Source of the DNA: an uncultured bacterium
Lineage (GTDB): Bacteria > Hydrothermota > UBA3073 > NMUJ01 > CBEVQO01
Assembly (NCBI GenBank): GCA_965552055.1
Contig: CBEVQO010000008.1
Coordinates: 32,915 to 96,914 of the forward strand
DNA: 64,000 bases
Reading direction: 5' to 3'
The position numbers were made by a program, and so were the translations under genes. The stretch's first letter is position 1. Each line of letters begins with the position of its first letter. Below are positions 8,877 to 18,028 of the stretch, in pieces. The notes under the pieces are model-generated. The model saw nothing but the letters and a program-made list of their open reading frames with translations, ran no database searches and was not told the origin of the DNA.

Positions 8877-9836
8877 ATGTTTGAAAAAATTATAAAAAAT
8901 AAAATCTGGGGTATTGCCTTTTTACTTTTAATAATAGCGTGTAAAAAGGAAGAAAAAAGGACAAAACTCATGGAAATGCTAAAATTAATCCCAGCCGAAA
9001 TGAAAATAGTAGAGGGGACAGAGACAAGTTATTATAAGATAGAAGAGTTTTATTTTATAGACTATGAGCCAATAGAGACGTTGTTCAAAGATGTTTACGA
9101 TGAATCTCTTGCTTTTGTACGAAAGGCAGGTATTAGTACTGAATTACCTGAGGAGATTTTTATCCTCAAAATAGAAGGAAATAATTCAAAGATTGAAAAA
9201 AATCTGCAACGACAAGGTTTTAAATTACTAAAGAAATATAAAGGTGCTAAAGTATGGTTCTCTCCGGGAGAGTATGAAGATGCTTATTGTGCTATAGTCG
9301 ACGACAAATTTATTTTTGTAGAGAGATATCCACAAGTAATTTATAAATGTATTGATCTTATAAAAGGCAAAGGTAAGAGTGCAGCGGATATACCGCGAAT
9401 TAGAGAAGAAATAACGGAACTCTTGAACGATGTGCCAGTAAGTCCTATAATAGTAAATTTAGAGAAAAATGAGAAAATTGCGTATTGGATGGAAGAAAAA
9501 GGTAAAGTTAAATTTAAGCAGATTTATGAATACAATACAGTTAGTGAGCCCTCGATGGTGGTTCGAATATGGGAAAAAATAAAAGAAAAGGAAGACAAAT
9601 TAGGAGCAATTGACTCAATAACAAACGGAATAGTTGCAAATTTAAGAAAACACGGCTATACATTTTCTGCGATTTATGATACAATTCATACTATTATTTC
9701 TATCTTATGGCCACTAGAGCGTTTATTAGAGAAAGGAGCGACTATTATTTCACTTACACAGGATGGAAAATTTTTATCAATGATAGGAGAAATAGAAGTT
9801 ACTGAATTCAAAAAACTTTTATTTTATCGATTTTGA
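8877..9836 (+). CDS. Hypothetical lipoprotein
   Basis: SD AAGGAGGGGG; lipobox LIIAC. Confidence 0.7.
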   Translation: MFEKIIKNKIWGIAFLLLIIACKKEEKRTKLMEMLKLIPAEMKIVEGTETSYYKIEEFYFIDYEPIETLFKDVYDESLAFVRKAGISTELPEEIFILKIEGNNSKIEKNLQRQGFKLLKKYKGAKVWFSPGEYEDAYCAIVDDKFIFVERYPQVIYKCIDLIKGKGKSAADIPRIREEITELLNDVPVSPIIVNLEKNEKIAYWMEEKGKVKFKQIYEYNTVSEPSMVVRIWEKIKEKEDKLGAIDSITNGIVANLRKHGYTFSAIYDTIHTIISILWPLERLLEKGATIISLTQDGKFLSMIGEIEVTEFKKLLFYRF

Positions 9837-9854
9837 CAATAAAAAGGAGGTAGT

Positions 9855-10165
9855 ATGATTTACTTATATATTAACTATCCGGAGCCACATTTTACAATAC
9901 ATACGAATACATGTTGTGAAGAGATACGAAAACGACAAAAATCGGGCCAGCGCATTCTAAAAATAGGTCATCATAATTTAGCCATTGAATTGCTGAAATT
10001 TGACCAAGAGTACCAATTCGAGTCGACGCCGCCTAAAATGATATGTGGGTCGAGATAGATTTAGGAAACACTACTCAAGAAATATGTATTTCGCTTGCTA
10101 TTAAACATCTATTAGCACAACGAGTTGAGCGTTTTCGAAAAGCTGAAATAAAAATTCATTGTTGA
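9855..10165 (+). pseudogene. Small hypothetical gene with a frameshift near 10035
   Basis: SD AAGGAGG; one extra A in CCTAAAATG would continue as NDMWVEIDLG...KIHC* to 10165. Confidence 0.55.
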
Positions 10166-10198
10166 CAATCCGGTAATTACTTTAAAATTGAGAGAAAA

Positions 10199-10717
10199 AT
10201 GATAGTTTTGTTATTGATTTTAAGTTGGAAATGTTATAAACATCCTGAAAATGTGTTTAATATAATAATTCCTACTGATATGGAAATAGGAACTACATAT
10301 GTTTTCTCTGAGTGGAGTAGCACTCATTATATTACAAGTTTCATTTCAAAAAAGAAGACCTCTTTGATTAATAAACTAGTACTCGATTTAACAGAGTTTT
10401 CTTTGCCAAAAGTGTGGACAGAAAAAGAAATAGAGGACGAATTGTTCGGAGAAAGATTAAAAGCAGCAGCAAATGGTTTTGTAGGTATTGGAATTTTTCA
10501 ACGCTTTTGCGACGATAAAAATAGGATTTGGTATTTACTTGGGTTCATGAATAAAGAAGAAGAAATAGTATTATGCGGTCTTTTGTTTTATAAAAAAATA
10601 TTTTGTCGACTTTATTTTGTGACCGATAAAGAACATTTTGAGGGAAATAAGAAAGAAGTTTTTTCTGCCATTAATGAAATGATAAATTCATTTGAGTATT
10701 TAGAGCATAGAGAATGA
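10199..10717 (+). CDS. Hypothetical exported protein
   Basis: Hydrophobic N-terminus; TTGACA-15-TAAAAT upstream. Confidence 0.6.
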   Translation: MIVLLLILSWKCYKHPENVFNIIIPTDMEIGTTYVFSEWSSTHYITSFISKKKTSLINKLVLDLTEFSLPKVWTEKEIEDELFGERLKAAANGFVGIGIFQRFCDDKNRIWYLLGFMNKEEEIVLCGLLFYKKIFCRLYFVTDKEHFEGNKKEVFSAINEMINSFEYLEHRE

Positions 10718-10731
10718 GTTTATAAATGCCG

Positions 10732-10858
10732 ATTAACATTTTTGATTTGTCAACTTGATATTTGGGGATTTTGACTAAAAACAGAGATGGAGATAATTCT
10801 TGTGAGTGCGTGTATTCTGGGATTGAGGACAAGGTATGATGGCGAGAATTGCATTCCC
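10732..10858 (+). pseudogene. Duplicated promoter plus truncated 5' fragment of the DUF523 gene
   Basis: 10732-10846 matches 11665-11779 with 5 mismatches. Confidence 0.9.
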
Positions 10859-10942
10859 AGAATAACTCCCGATGTGAATTACCTCAATTTACATTAATGA
10901 AATGATAAATTCATTTGAGTATTTAGACCATAAAAAATAAGC

Positions 10943-11182
10943 TTATAAATATTTAAATGCATCTTTGTATTTTTTGCCGAAAAGGCGTATCATTAAATCC
11001 TTTTGTGCCTCCTCAATGGATGAGAAAAGATAAACACCTGATTTATACGGATTTTTTATAAATTTTTCGCTATGACGAGCCATTTCGAGTGCTAATTTTA
11101 TTACATCTTCTCTTTTCATTTTATAAAATTCCTTATACATGTCAATGCGCGCTAACAAAAATGAGTCAAAAAACTTAATCAT
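10943..11182 (-). CDS. Small hypothetical partner of the nucleotidyltransferase
   Basis: Overlaps the stop of the upstream NTase gene. Confidence 0.6.
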   Translation of the reverse strand: MIKFFDSFLLARIDMYKEFYKMKREDVIKLALEMARHSEKFIKNPYKSGVYLFSSIEEAQKDLMIRLFGKKYKDAFKYL

Positions 11183-11654
11183 TTTTGCTTAAATACTCTT
11201 TCCTGCCAATTAAAAAAAGCAAATCTTTTTTGTCCTGCTCTCTTACTGTCTTTTTTGTTTCAATAAGGTCATCGAGCCCTGCGACTTTCACTTCTTCATC
11301 ATTCACTTTCATAATTTCTGCATTTTTTATTAATTTTTCATATGTTATATCGGCAATGCGGGGTAGCAAATCTATATAAAAATTCTTATCGGTTCCTATT
11401 CTTATAACTCCCTTTTTTCTGTCATATTCTTTTAATAAATCAAAATTTAATTCTTCAATTTCAGGCACAATGTCTTTAAGGGCTTTTTTTATATTTTCTA
11501 TATTCTCCCGTGATACTTCGATCACAAAGTCAATGTCCATTGTTTCTCTAGGTAAACCGTGCAAAATTACAGCACATCCTCCTACGAGCACATATTTTAC
11601 TTTATTTTTATTAAAACGACGGCATATTTCAGGCAAATGTAAGAAAGCACTCAC
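11175..11654 (-). CDS. Nucleotidyltransferase (DUF6036/AbiEii-like)
   Basis: YVLVGGCAVILHGLPRETMDIDF...LIETKK..REQDKKD; GTG start just after TTGACA-16-TATAAT. Confidence 0.8.
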   Translation of the reverse strand: MSAFLHLPEICRRFNKNKVKYVLVGGCAVILHGLPRETMDIDFVIEVSRENIENIKKALKDIVPEIEELNFDLLKEYDRKKGVIRIGTDKNFYIDLLPRIADITYEKLIKNAEIMKVNDEEVKVAGLDDLIETKKTVREQDKKDLLFLIGRKEYLSKND

Positions 11655-11719
11655 TTCAATTATAATTAACATTTTTAATTTGTCAACTTGACATTTGGGG
11701 ATTTTGACTAAAAACAGAG

Positions 11720-12145
11720 ATGGAGATAATTCTTGTGAGTGCGTGTATTATGGGATTGAAGACAAGGTATGATGGTGAGGAATCAAAAGTAAAGTTTAAT
11801 CCGCCTGCTGATTGCATTCCCATCCCGATTTGTCCAGAGCAGATGGGAGGACTGCCTACTCCCCGTCCAAAGATGACCCTGCTAAACAGAGCAGAAGAAA
11901 TTTTGAAAGGCAAAGGTAAAGCGATAAATACAGAAGGAAAAGATGTAACCCAAAATTTAATAAGAGGAGCAGAAGAAGTTTTGAAAATAGCAAAGATGTT
12001 AAACATTAAAAAAGCGATTTTGAAAGACGGAAGTCCTTCGTGCGGTGTCATGCATACAAATATAAATTGGGAAAGAGTCAAAGGAAAAGGCATCACAGCA
12101 TTACTCCTTGAAAAAAACGGAATAAAAATAGAAACTATTGGTTGA
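11720..12145 (+). CDS. DUF523 family protein (2-thiouracil desulfurase TudS-like)
   Basis: ILVSAC..G...RYDG, PICPEQMGGLPTPR, LKDGSPSCG. Confidence 0.9.
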   Translation: MEIILVSACIMGLKTRYDGEESKVKFNPPADCIPIPICPEQMGGLPTPRPKMTLLNRAEEILKGKGKAINTEGKDVTQNLIRGAEEVLKIAKMLNIKKAILKDGSPSCGVMHTNINWERVKGKGITALLLEKNGIKIETIG

Positions 12146-12174
12146 CAAAGGAAAAACTTCGTTAAAATAATATT

Positions 12175-13176
12175 GTGATTAAAACAGTTGAAATAAAAAA
12201 TTTTAAGTCTATAGATAGAATTGTGTTACAATGTAAAAAGATAAATGTTTTTATAGGAGAACCAAACACAGGTAAATCCAATATCCTTGAAGCTCTTGGT
12301 TTATACACCTATATGGCAGTTGATGATAATGAGAAACGAAGAATCGGAGCATTTTTCCGGGGGGAAAAATTGATGTTTTTATTTAAGAACAATGATAAAG
12401 GCAAAACTATAAGCGTAAAATGTGACGATAAAGATTTGACTTTTAATTATGACGCTCACACCAAGTTATATATTTTAAGGTTAAAGGAAGAAAAACCTTT
12501 TTATAGTGAAGAAATTTATTGTGTGGAATTAGAAGAAGAAGGGATTGTTCGCCAAGCGACTACGCCGCTACCAAATTACTTAATTAAATTTTACCGTTAT
12601 ATACCGAGAAGTGTATTCCCTCGAGAAGAAACAGATTTTTTATTACCAATTGATGGTGATAATATGTTAGCAATTATAAAGAATGACAAGAAAATACAGG
12701 AATTTGTAAAAGATGTTTTAGAAAAGTTTAATTTAAAAATGGTGCTAAGACCACATGAGTATTTAATTGAGATTCATCCCAAAACTCAAAAAGAAGAAAT
12801 AATAACCGAATATTATCCTTATTCTTTACTATCCGATACTCTTCAGAGGTATATATTTATTTCTATAGCAATATTGTCAAATAAGCAATCAGTCTTATTG
12901 TTTGAAGAACCAGAAGCTCATGCCTTTCCTTATTATACAAAGCAGATTTCTGAGCTAATAGCGAATGACGAAAATAATCAGTTCTTTATTACTACACATA
13001 ACCCTCTTTTCTTAATGCGATTACTGGAAAAAAGTAAAAAATCAGATATAAATGTTTTTTTGACTTTTATAGAGAAGGATTCCACCAAAGTTAAAGCCCT
13101 TTCGGAAAAAGAAAAAGAAAAAATATTAGACGAAAGTTTTTCGTTTTTCTTTAATCTTAATAAATTAATTTTATGA
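12175..13176 (+). CDS. ABC-type ATPase (AAA_15/AAA_21, OLD/PARIS-like)
   Basis: IKNFKSI, Walker A GEPNTGKS, Walker B LLFEEPEAH, ITTHN. Confidence 0.85.
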   Translation: MIKTVEIKNFKSIDRIVLQCKKINVFIGEPNTGKSNILEALGLYTYMAVDDNEKRRIGAFFRGEKLMFLFKNNDKGKTISVKCDDKDLTFNYDAHTKLYILRLKEEKPFYSEEIYCVELEEEGIVRQATTPLPNYLIKFYRYIPRSVFPREETDFLLPIDGDNMLAIIKNDKKIQEFVKDVLEKFNLKMVLRPHEYLIEIHPKTQKEEIITEYYPYSLLSDTLQRYIFISIAILSNKQSVLLFEEPEAHAFPYYTKQISELIANDENNQFFITTHNPLFLMRLLEKSKKSDINVFLTFIEKDSTKVKALSEKEKEKILDESFSFFFNLNKLIL

Positions 13177-13635
13177 TAATAAAAGTTGAAAACACATCTC
13201 ATCGAGTGATATTAATGAGTTTAGGCTTTCAATATGAACAAATAGAAGAGGAAGGGCCAAAAAGTGAGGTTATAAAAGCGGTCTTCAAATGTAAAGCGAA
13301 TTATGGAGTAATAGATGAAGACCCACAGGGCACTAAACCGAGTTATTATCGACATTTCCACAAAATTAGACAAATTGATGATAAACATTTTGCAAATGAA
13401 AGACGCTAATAAATATTTGATAGAATTATCTCCTTTTGCTGAAAAATGGCTTATTAGACTCGTTGAAAAATGTGAAATGAATCCTATTCACTATTTCGGA
13501 ATAAATAATTGGAGGGAATTAAAACATAAAATTAAAAATAAGCCCGATTTCATTATAAATAAATTAAAAAAATTAACGCAGGAAGGTAAATTAAAGGTTT
13601 TCGATGAAATTAAAAAGTTTTTAAAGTTAGGCTAG
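13173..13635 (+). pseudogene. TOPRIM-like partner of the ATPase, split by a frameshift at about 13350-13385
   Basis: 13173 frame IIKVE...GVIDEDP joins 13315 frame ...YLIELSPFAEKWLI... to give one ~153-aa protein. Confidence 0.6.
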
Positions 13636-15173
13636 CTCAATACTTCTTTTAAAGCTTCGGGGATTTTTTCCATTACATCTGATGCTATTACCGAATATTC
13701 TGTTTTTTCTTTGCTTGCGAGTTCGCCTGCGAGCCCATGTAGATAAACCCCACAAAGCGCTGCTTCAAACGGCTTTAAGCCCTGTGCAAGTAAACCTGCA
13801 ATCATACCCGTAAGCACATCACCTGTTCCACCCGAAGCAAGCCCTGAATTACCTGTCAGGTTCATATACAAATCGCCTGAGGGTGATGCAATTATTGTCG
13901 GTGCTCCTTTTAAAGCCACCACTATTCCTGTTTCTTTCGCAACTCTTTCTGCAATGTCAACCCTGTTTTTATTTATCTCATCAACTGACATATTTATAAG
14001 GCGCGATAATTCACCGGGATGAGGTGTTATCACTATGTTTTTTCCATTTAATTTTTTGATATCTTCATAGGTCAAATTATTTAGTCCATCCGCATCTATC
14101 ACCGCAGGTTTTTCTATTTCAAAAATTATTTTTGTTATAATTTCGTGAAGCTCTTCATGTCGTCCGAGTCCAGGTCCTATTGCAAGCACATCGCACTTTT
14201 CAGCCCATAAGAGAAGGGTATCAAGCGCTTTTATGCTTAAAATTTTTTTATCTGTCTCGGGTAAGGGAATGGTTATAACTTCTTTTAAAAGGGATTCCAA
14301 AATTTGGTTTAAACTCTGGGGTATCGCAAGATAGCATAAACCTGCACCTATTTTTAAGCAAGATAGAGATGTGAGAGAAGCTGCTCCTGTCATGCCAATA
14401 GAACCCGCTATAACGAGCACTTTCCCGAATGTGCCTTTGTGGGAGAATTGAGGACGATGGGGTAATAAAAGTTTTACATTTTCTTTTTCTATCGTTTCAA
14501 GTTTTATTTTCTTGTATAAAGATTTCGGCACTTCTATATCCACAATGTGTATCTCTCCTGCGTAATCTCTTCCCGGGAAAAGGTAAAGCCCTCTTTTCGG
14601 CACCCCCATAGTGCAGGTATAGTTTGCTTTGACACATGCACCTTCTACCTGTCCGTTATAACAATTTAAGCCAGATGGCACATCAACAGCGATAACAGGT
14701 ACTCCTGATTCATTTATTGCATTTATTGTAAGTTCATAAACACCCGAAGGTTTTCCTTTAAATCCTGTTCCAAATATTGCATCAACGATAAGGTCAAAAT
14801 ATCTAAAACTTTCTGCAAATTCAAGCACATCGTGTTCTGAAGCAAGTTCATTAATATCTACTTTCATCTTTTCGAGTATATTAAGATTTACTTTTGCTGC
14901 TCCTTTTACCTCTTCTTTTTTGCATAGCAAAAAGACAGTGGGTGATGCATTACGGTTTATGAGGTGGCGTGCAACAACAAGCCCATCGCCCCCGTTATTG
15001 CCTTTGCCACATACAATCGCAACCTTCAATCCATCGAGTGATTTAAAAATTTTTTCAATGAGATGAGTAACCCCTCTTCCAGCATTTTCCATCATTACTT
15101 CAACGGGAATGCCTATCTCTTCGGACGCAATCCTGTCTATTATTCTCATCTCATCTGGTGTGGCTACTTTCAT
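13632..15173 (-). CDS. nnr: Bifunctional NAD(P)H-hydrate epimerase/dehydratase
   Basis: MENAG, CGKGNNGGDG, VDAIFGTG, HKGTFG, VIDADG, TPHPGE, GGTGDVLTG. Confidence 0.95.
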   Translation of the reverse strand: MKVATPDEMRIIDRIASEEIGIPVEVMMENAGRGVTHLIEKIFKSLDGLKVAIVCGKGNNGGDGLVVARHLINRNASPTVFLLCKKEEVKGAAKVNLNILEKMKVDINELASEHDVLEFAESFRYFDLIVDAIFGTGFKGKPSGVYELTINAINESGVPVIAVDVPSGLNCYNGQVEGACVKANYTCTMGVPKRGLYLFPGRDYAGEIHIVDIEVPKSLYKKIKLETIEKENVKLLLPHRPQFSHKGTFGKVLVIAGSIGMTGAASLTSLSCLKIGAGLCYLAIPQSLNQILESLLKEVITIPLPETDKKILSIKALDTLLLWAEKCDVLAIGPGLGRHEELHEIITKIIFEIEKPAVIDADGLNNLTYEDIKKLNGKNIVITPHPGELSRLINMSVDEINKNRVDIAERVAKETGIVVALKGAPTIIASPSGDLYMNLTGNSGLASGGTGDVLTGMIAGLLAQGLKPFEAALCGVYLHGLAGELASKEKTEYSVIASDVMEKIPEALKEVLS

Positions 15174-15202
15174 CTTACTATTTTAATTACTTTATGGAAA
15201 AG

Positions 15203-15815
15203 TCAATCTTTTTCTTCTTTTTCAATAATTTTTAAAATTTTTTCTTTAAGAACGGGAATTTCTTCTTTTACTATTTGCCATATTTTTTCGTAATCAATGT
15301 CATTATATTTTTTCCAATCCACTTCCGGATAATTATTGCGAAATTCCGAAGGTAATCTTTTTACTGCTTCGCCAATTATTTCCAGACATCTTTCAACAGC
15401 TCTTTTATATCGCCAATCTGAGTAAAACTCATCTTCTGTGATTTCTTGTAAGATTGAAATCAAATTTTCTGCTTCTTCTACTATTTGTTTTAAATATAAA
15501 ATACACCTCTCTTTCATGCTGACCTCCTTTTCGAGGATTAATCTACGCTTATCGGGATTCATTTTCTGAACTTCTTTCCATGTTAATAAGTCAATCTTAG
15601 TTTTAAATAAATCCTCGAGAAAAGTATAAAGTGCGAGCCAATTTTTATAATTTTCTTTATCTTCCTCAAATACTGCGATTAAATCTATATCACTTGCAGA
15701 GCTTTGCTTACCCTTTGCATAAGAGCCAAATAAAATAAATTTTTTGACGCCCAATTTTTTCCATTCTTTTTCGTTTTCTTTTAACTTTCTCATTATTTCT
15801 TTTTTTGGTCAGCAT
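15203..15815 (-). pseudogene. Degenerate MNT plus HepT/DUF86 fusion
   Basis: LFGS...SDIDL; AVERCLEIIGEAVK; RxxxxH motif missing; upstream ATG 15815 out of frame by one base in an A7 run. Confidence 0.7.
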
Positions 15816-16585
15816 TTTTCCACCACTGCAAAGGCATTATGGTTGTGGATGCTTTCGAGTGCTTCTACTTCTATTCTGTACCATTCTATTTCTTTTATTT
15901 TATTGAGTTTTAATGCGAGATTTCTTGCCACATCTTCAACGAATGCAGGATTATCATAAGCCATTTCTGTTACAAATTTTTCGTCTTCTCTTTTCAACAA
16001 AGAATAGACAGGTGCAGAACCAGATTCTTCCGCAAGTTTTATCAAATCTTCAAGCCATACAAATTCTTTTGGACTTCTGAGTTTGACTTTTATTTTTACA
16101 TAGGCACGCTGATTGTGAGCACCTTTTTCTGATATCTCTTTTGAACAGGGACAAACTGTTTGAATGGGAACCGTAACTTCGACCATTAAATGCTTTCCTT
16201 CTTTGTCAATGCTTCCTATAAATTTACAATCATATTTCATCATTGATTTTATGTGTGATACCGGTGCTTCTTTTTCTATAAAATACGGGAAAGAGATTTC
16301 AAGATGGGCGGATTCTGCGTTTAATCTTTCTTTTAATTTTTTCAGGATGTTAAATACATTCCACATTGCTATACCTTCTCTTTCTTCATTTAAAACTTCA
16401 ATAAACCTGCTCATATGAGTTCCTCTGTATTCTTTTGGCAAATTTACAGATAAAGTTAATTTTGCTACGGTAAACTGGCTTTTTGATTTTTTATCAAAAA
16501 CCCTTATTGGATAAGTTAAACCTTTTACTCCAACTTGCTTTATTTCAATGTTCCTTAAATCCCTCTCTTTTTGAATATCCCTCAT
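15809..16585 (-). CDS. folE2: GTP cyclohydrolase IB
   Basis: RGTHMSRF, TVCPCSKEIS, GAHNQR, LLKREDEK, FVEDVAR, ESIHNH. Confidence 0.95.
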   Translation of the reverse strand: MRDIQKERDLRNIEIKQVGVKGLTYPIRVFDKKSKSQFTVAKLTLSVNLPKEYRGTHMSRFIEVLNEEREGIAMWNVFNILKKLKERLNAESAHLEISFPYFIEKEAPVSHIKSMMKYDCKFIGSIDKEGKHLMVEVTVPIQTVCPCSKEISEKGAHNQRAYVKIKVKLRSPKEFVWLEDLIKLAEESGSAPVYSLLKREDEKFVTEMAYDNPAFVEDVARNLALKLNKIKEIEWYRIEVEALESIHNHNAFAVVEKC

Positions 16586-16699
16586 TTACAATTTCCTTAT
16601 TATTTTTACGGGTACTCTTATTGCCATAAATTTTTTCTCTTAAATGTGAAGGATAAAATCTACCCAAATATCCCAAAAATTTCCTCACTTTTATTCTAA

Positions 16700-18028
16700 T
16701 TATTTTTCTTTATTTGTCAAGTTCAACTTTCTTCTTTTTGATATGTGACTTCGATAGGAAATCTGTATTAAGAGAGTTGGTATTGATAGCATATTTTTCT
16801 TTATCATTCTCCATATTCTTTTTGTTATTCTTTTCAAGGAGTAAAAAGTATCCCATGCCCAATCTGTTCCTTCCTGTAATTCTTCAGGTGTCATTTTTGC
16901 AGGTTTATAAACTACATTGCCGATTGTATATTTTTCCCAATTTTCTGTCAATATTCTTCCTTCTTTTTTCAGGCGATTATAGAGGTTTGTCCCCGGGAAT
17001 GGCGTCAGTATGCCGAATTGCGCTGCATCAACCCCCACTTTGTCAGCAAATTCAACAGTCCTGTAAAATACCGATTTATCATCACTATCAAATCCAAATA
17101 TAAATGCACCTTCTATTGCTATCCCGTAATCATGAAAAACTTTAATATATTCTTTGAATTGATGGGGTTTTATAAAAGATTTGTGTGCTTCTTTTAAAGA
17201 TTCGGTTGATATTGATTCTAATCCACAGAATAATACTTTGCAACCTGATTTAGCCATTAATTCTACCAGTTTTCTATTTCTCGCAACATTTATCGTTGCC
17301 TGACCTCCCCACCATATTTTTAGTGGTATCATTTCTTTACATAATTTTTCGGTATAAGAAGGAACTGCTGCGATGTTGTCATCGATGAATGCAAAAATTT
17401 TTGACCTTAAAGAATTTCCCCTTAAGCTTTCGATTTCTTTGATAACATCTTTTACTGGTCGCAATCTATATTTTGCACCGAAAAATTTTGTAACTGTGCA
17501 GAAATCACATGCATGAGGACAGCCCCTTGATACCTGAATTGTGTTATTTATTACATATTTTTTGAGTTTCAATAAGTCTCTGCGGGGCTCAGGTAGATTT
17601 TCAAGATGCATCCTTTTATTTGCTTTATAAAATTTTTGTAATTTGCCTTTTTTGAAATCGTCAATTATTTTGTGCCAGACAGGTTCTGCTTCGCCGATTA
17701 CCACAGCATCGGCATATTTTGCTGCTTCTTCAGGTAAGGCAGATGCATGTATTCCACCGATGATTACTTTTGCTCCTCTTTTTCTGAATTCTTTTGCAAG
17801 CGAATAAGCACGGGGTGCCTGTGCTGTCATGCAGGTTATACCAACAAGGTCTGGTACATCATCCGGGTTTACATCTTCAATATTTTCGTCAATAATTTTT
17901 ACTTCTATATCTTTTGGGGTTAATGCTGCAATTATTGGCATATTCAAAGGAGGCCATTTAAATGCCAGTCCTAATTTCTTTCTTGCTTTTTCGTCTTCCC
18001 AAGTGGGGACGATAAGGTATAATCGCAT
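16700..18028 (-). CDS. B12-binding radical SAM protein
   Basis: GGIHAS, IGEAE, SRGCPHACDFC, TPFPGT. Confidence 0.9.
   Translation of the reverse strand: MRLYLIVPTWEDEKARKKLGLAFKWPPLNMPIIAALTPKDIEVKIIDENIEDVNPDDVPDLVGITCMTAQAPRAYSLAKEFRKRGAKVIIGGIHASALPEEAAKYADAVVIGEAEPVWHKIIDDFKKGKLQKFYKANKRMHLENLPEPRRDLLKLKKYVINNTIQVSRGCPHACDFCTVTKFFGAKYRLRPVKDVIKEIESLRGNSLRSKIFAFIDDNIAAVPSYTEKLCKEMIPLKIWWGGQATINVARNRKLVELMAKSGCKVLFCGLESISTESLKEAHKSFIKPHQFKEYIKVFHDYGIAIEGAFIFGFDSDDKSVFYRTVEFADKVGVDAAQFGILTPFPGTNLYNRLKKEGRILTENWEKYTIGNVVYKPAKMTPEELQEGTDWAWDTFYSLKRITKRIWRMIKKNMLSIPTLLIQISYRSHISKRRKLNLTNKEK

Noticed and set aside
16545..16688. 47-codon minus-strand ORF between the radical SAM gene and folE2
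   Set aside because: No SD, no motif, and it overlaps folE2
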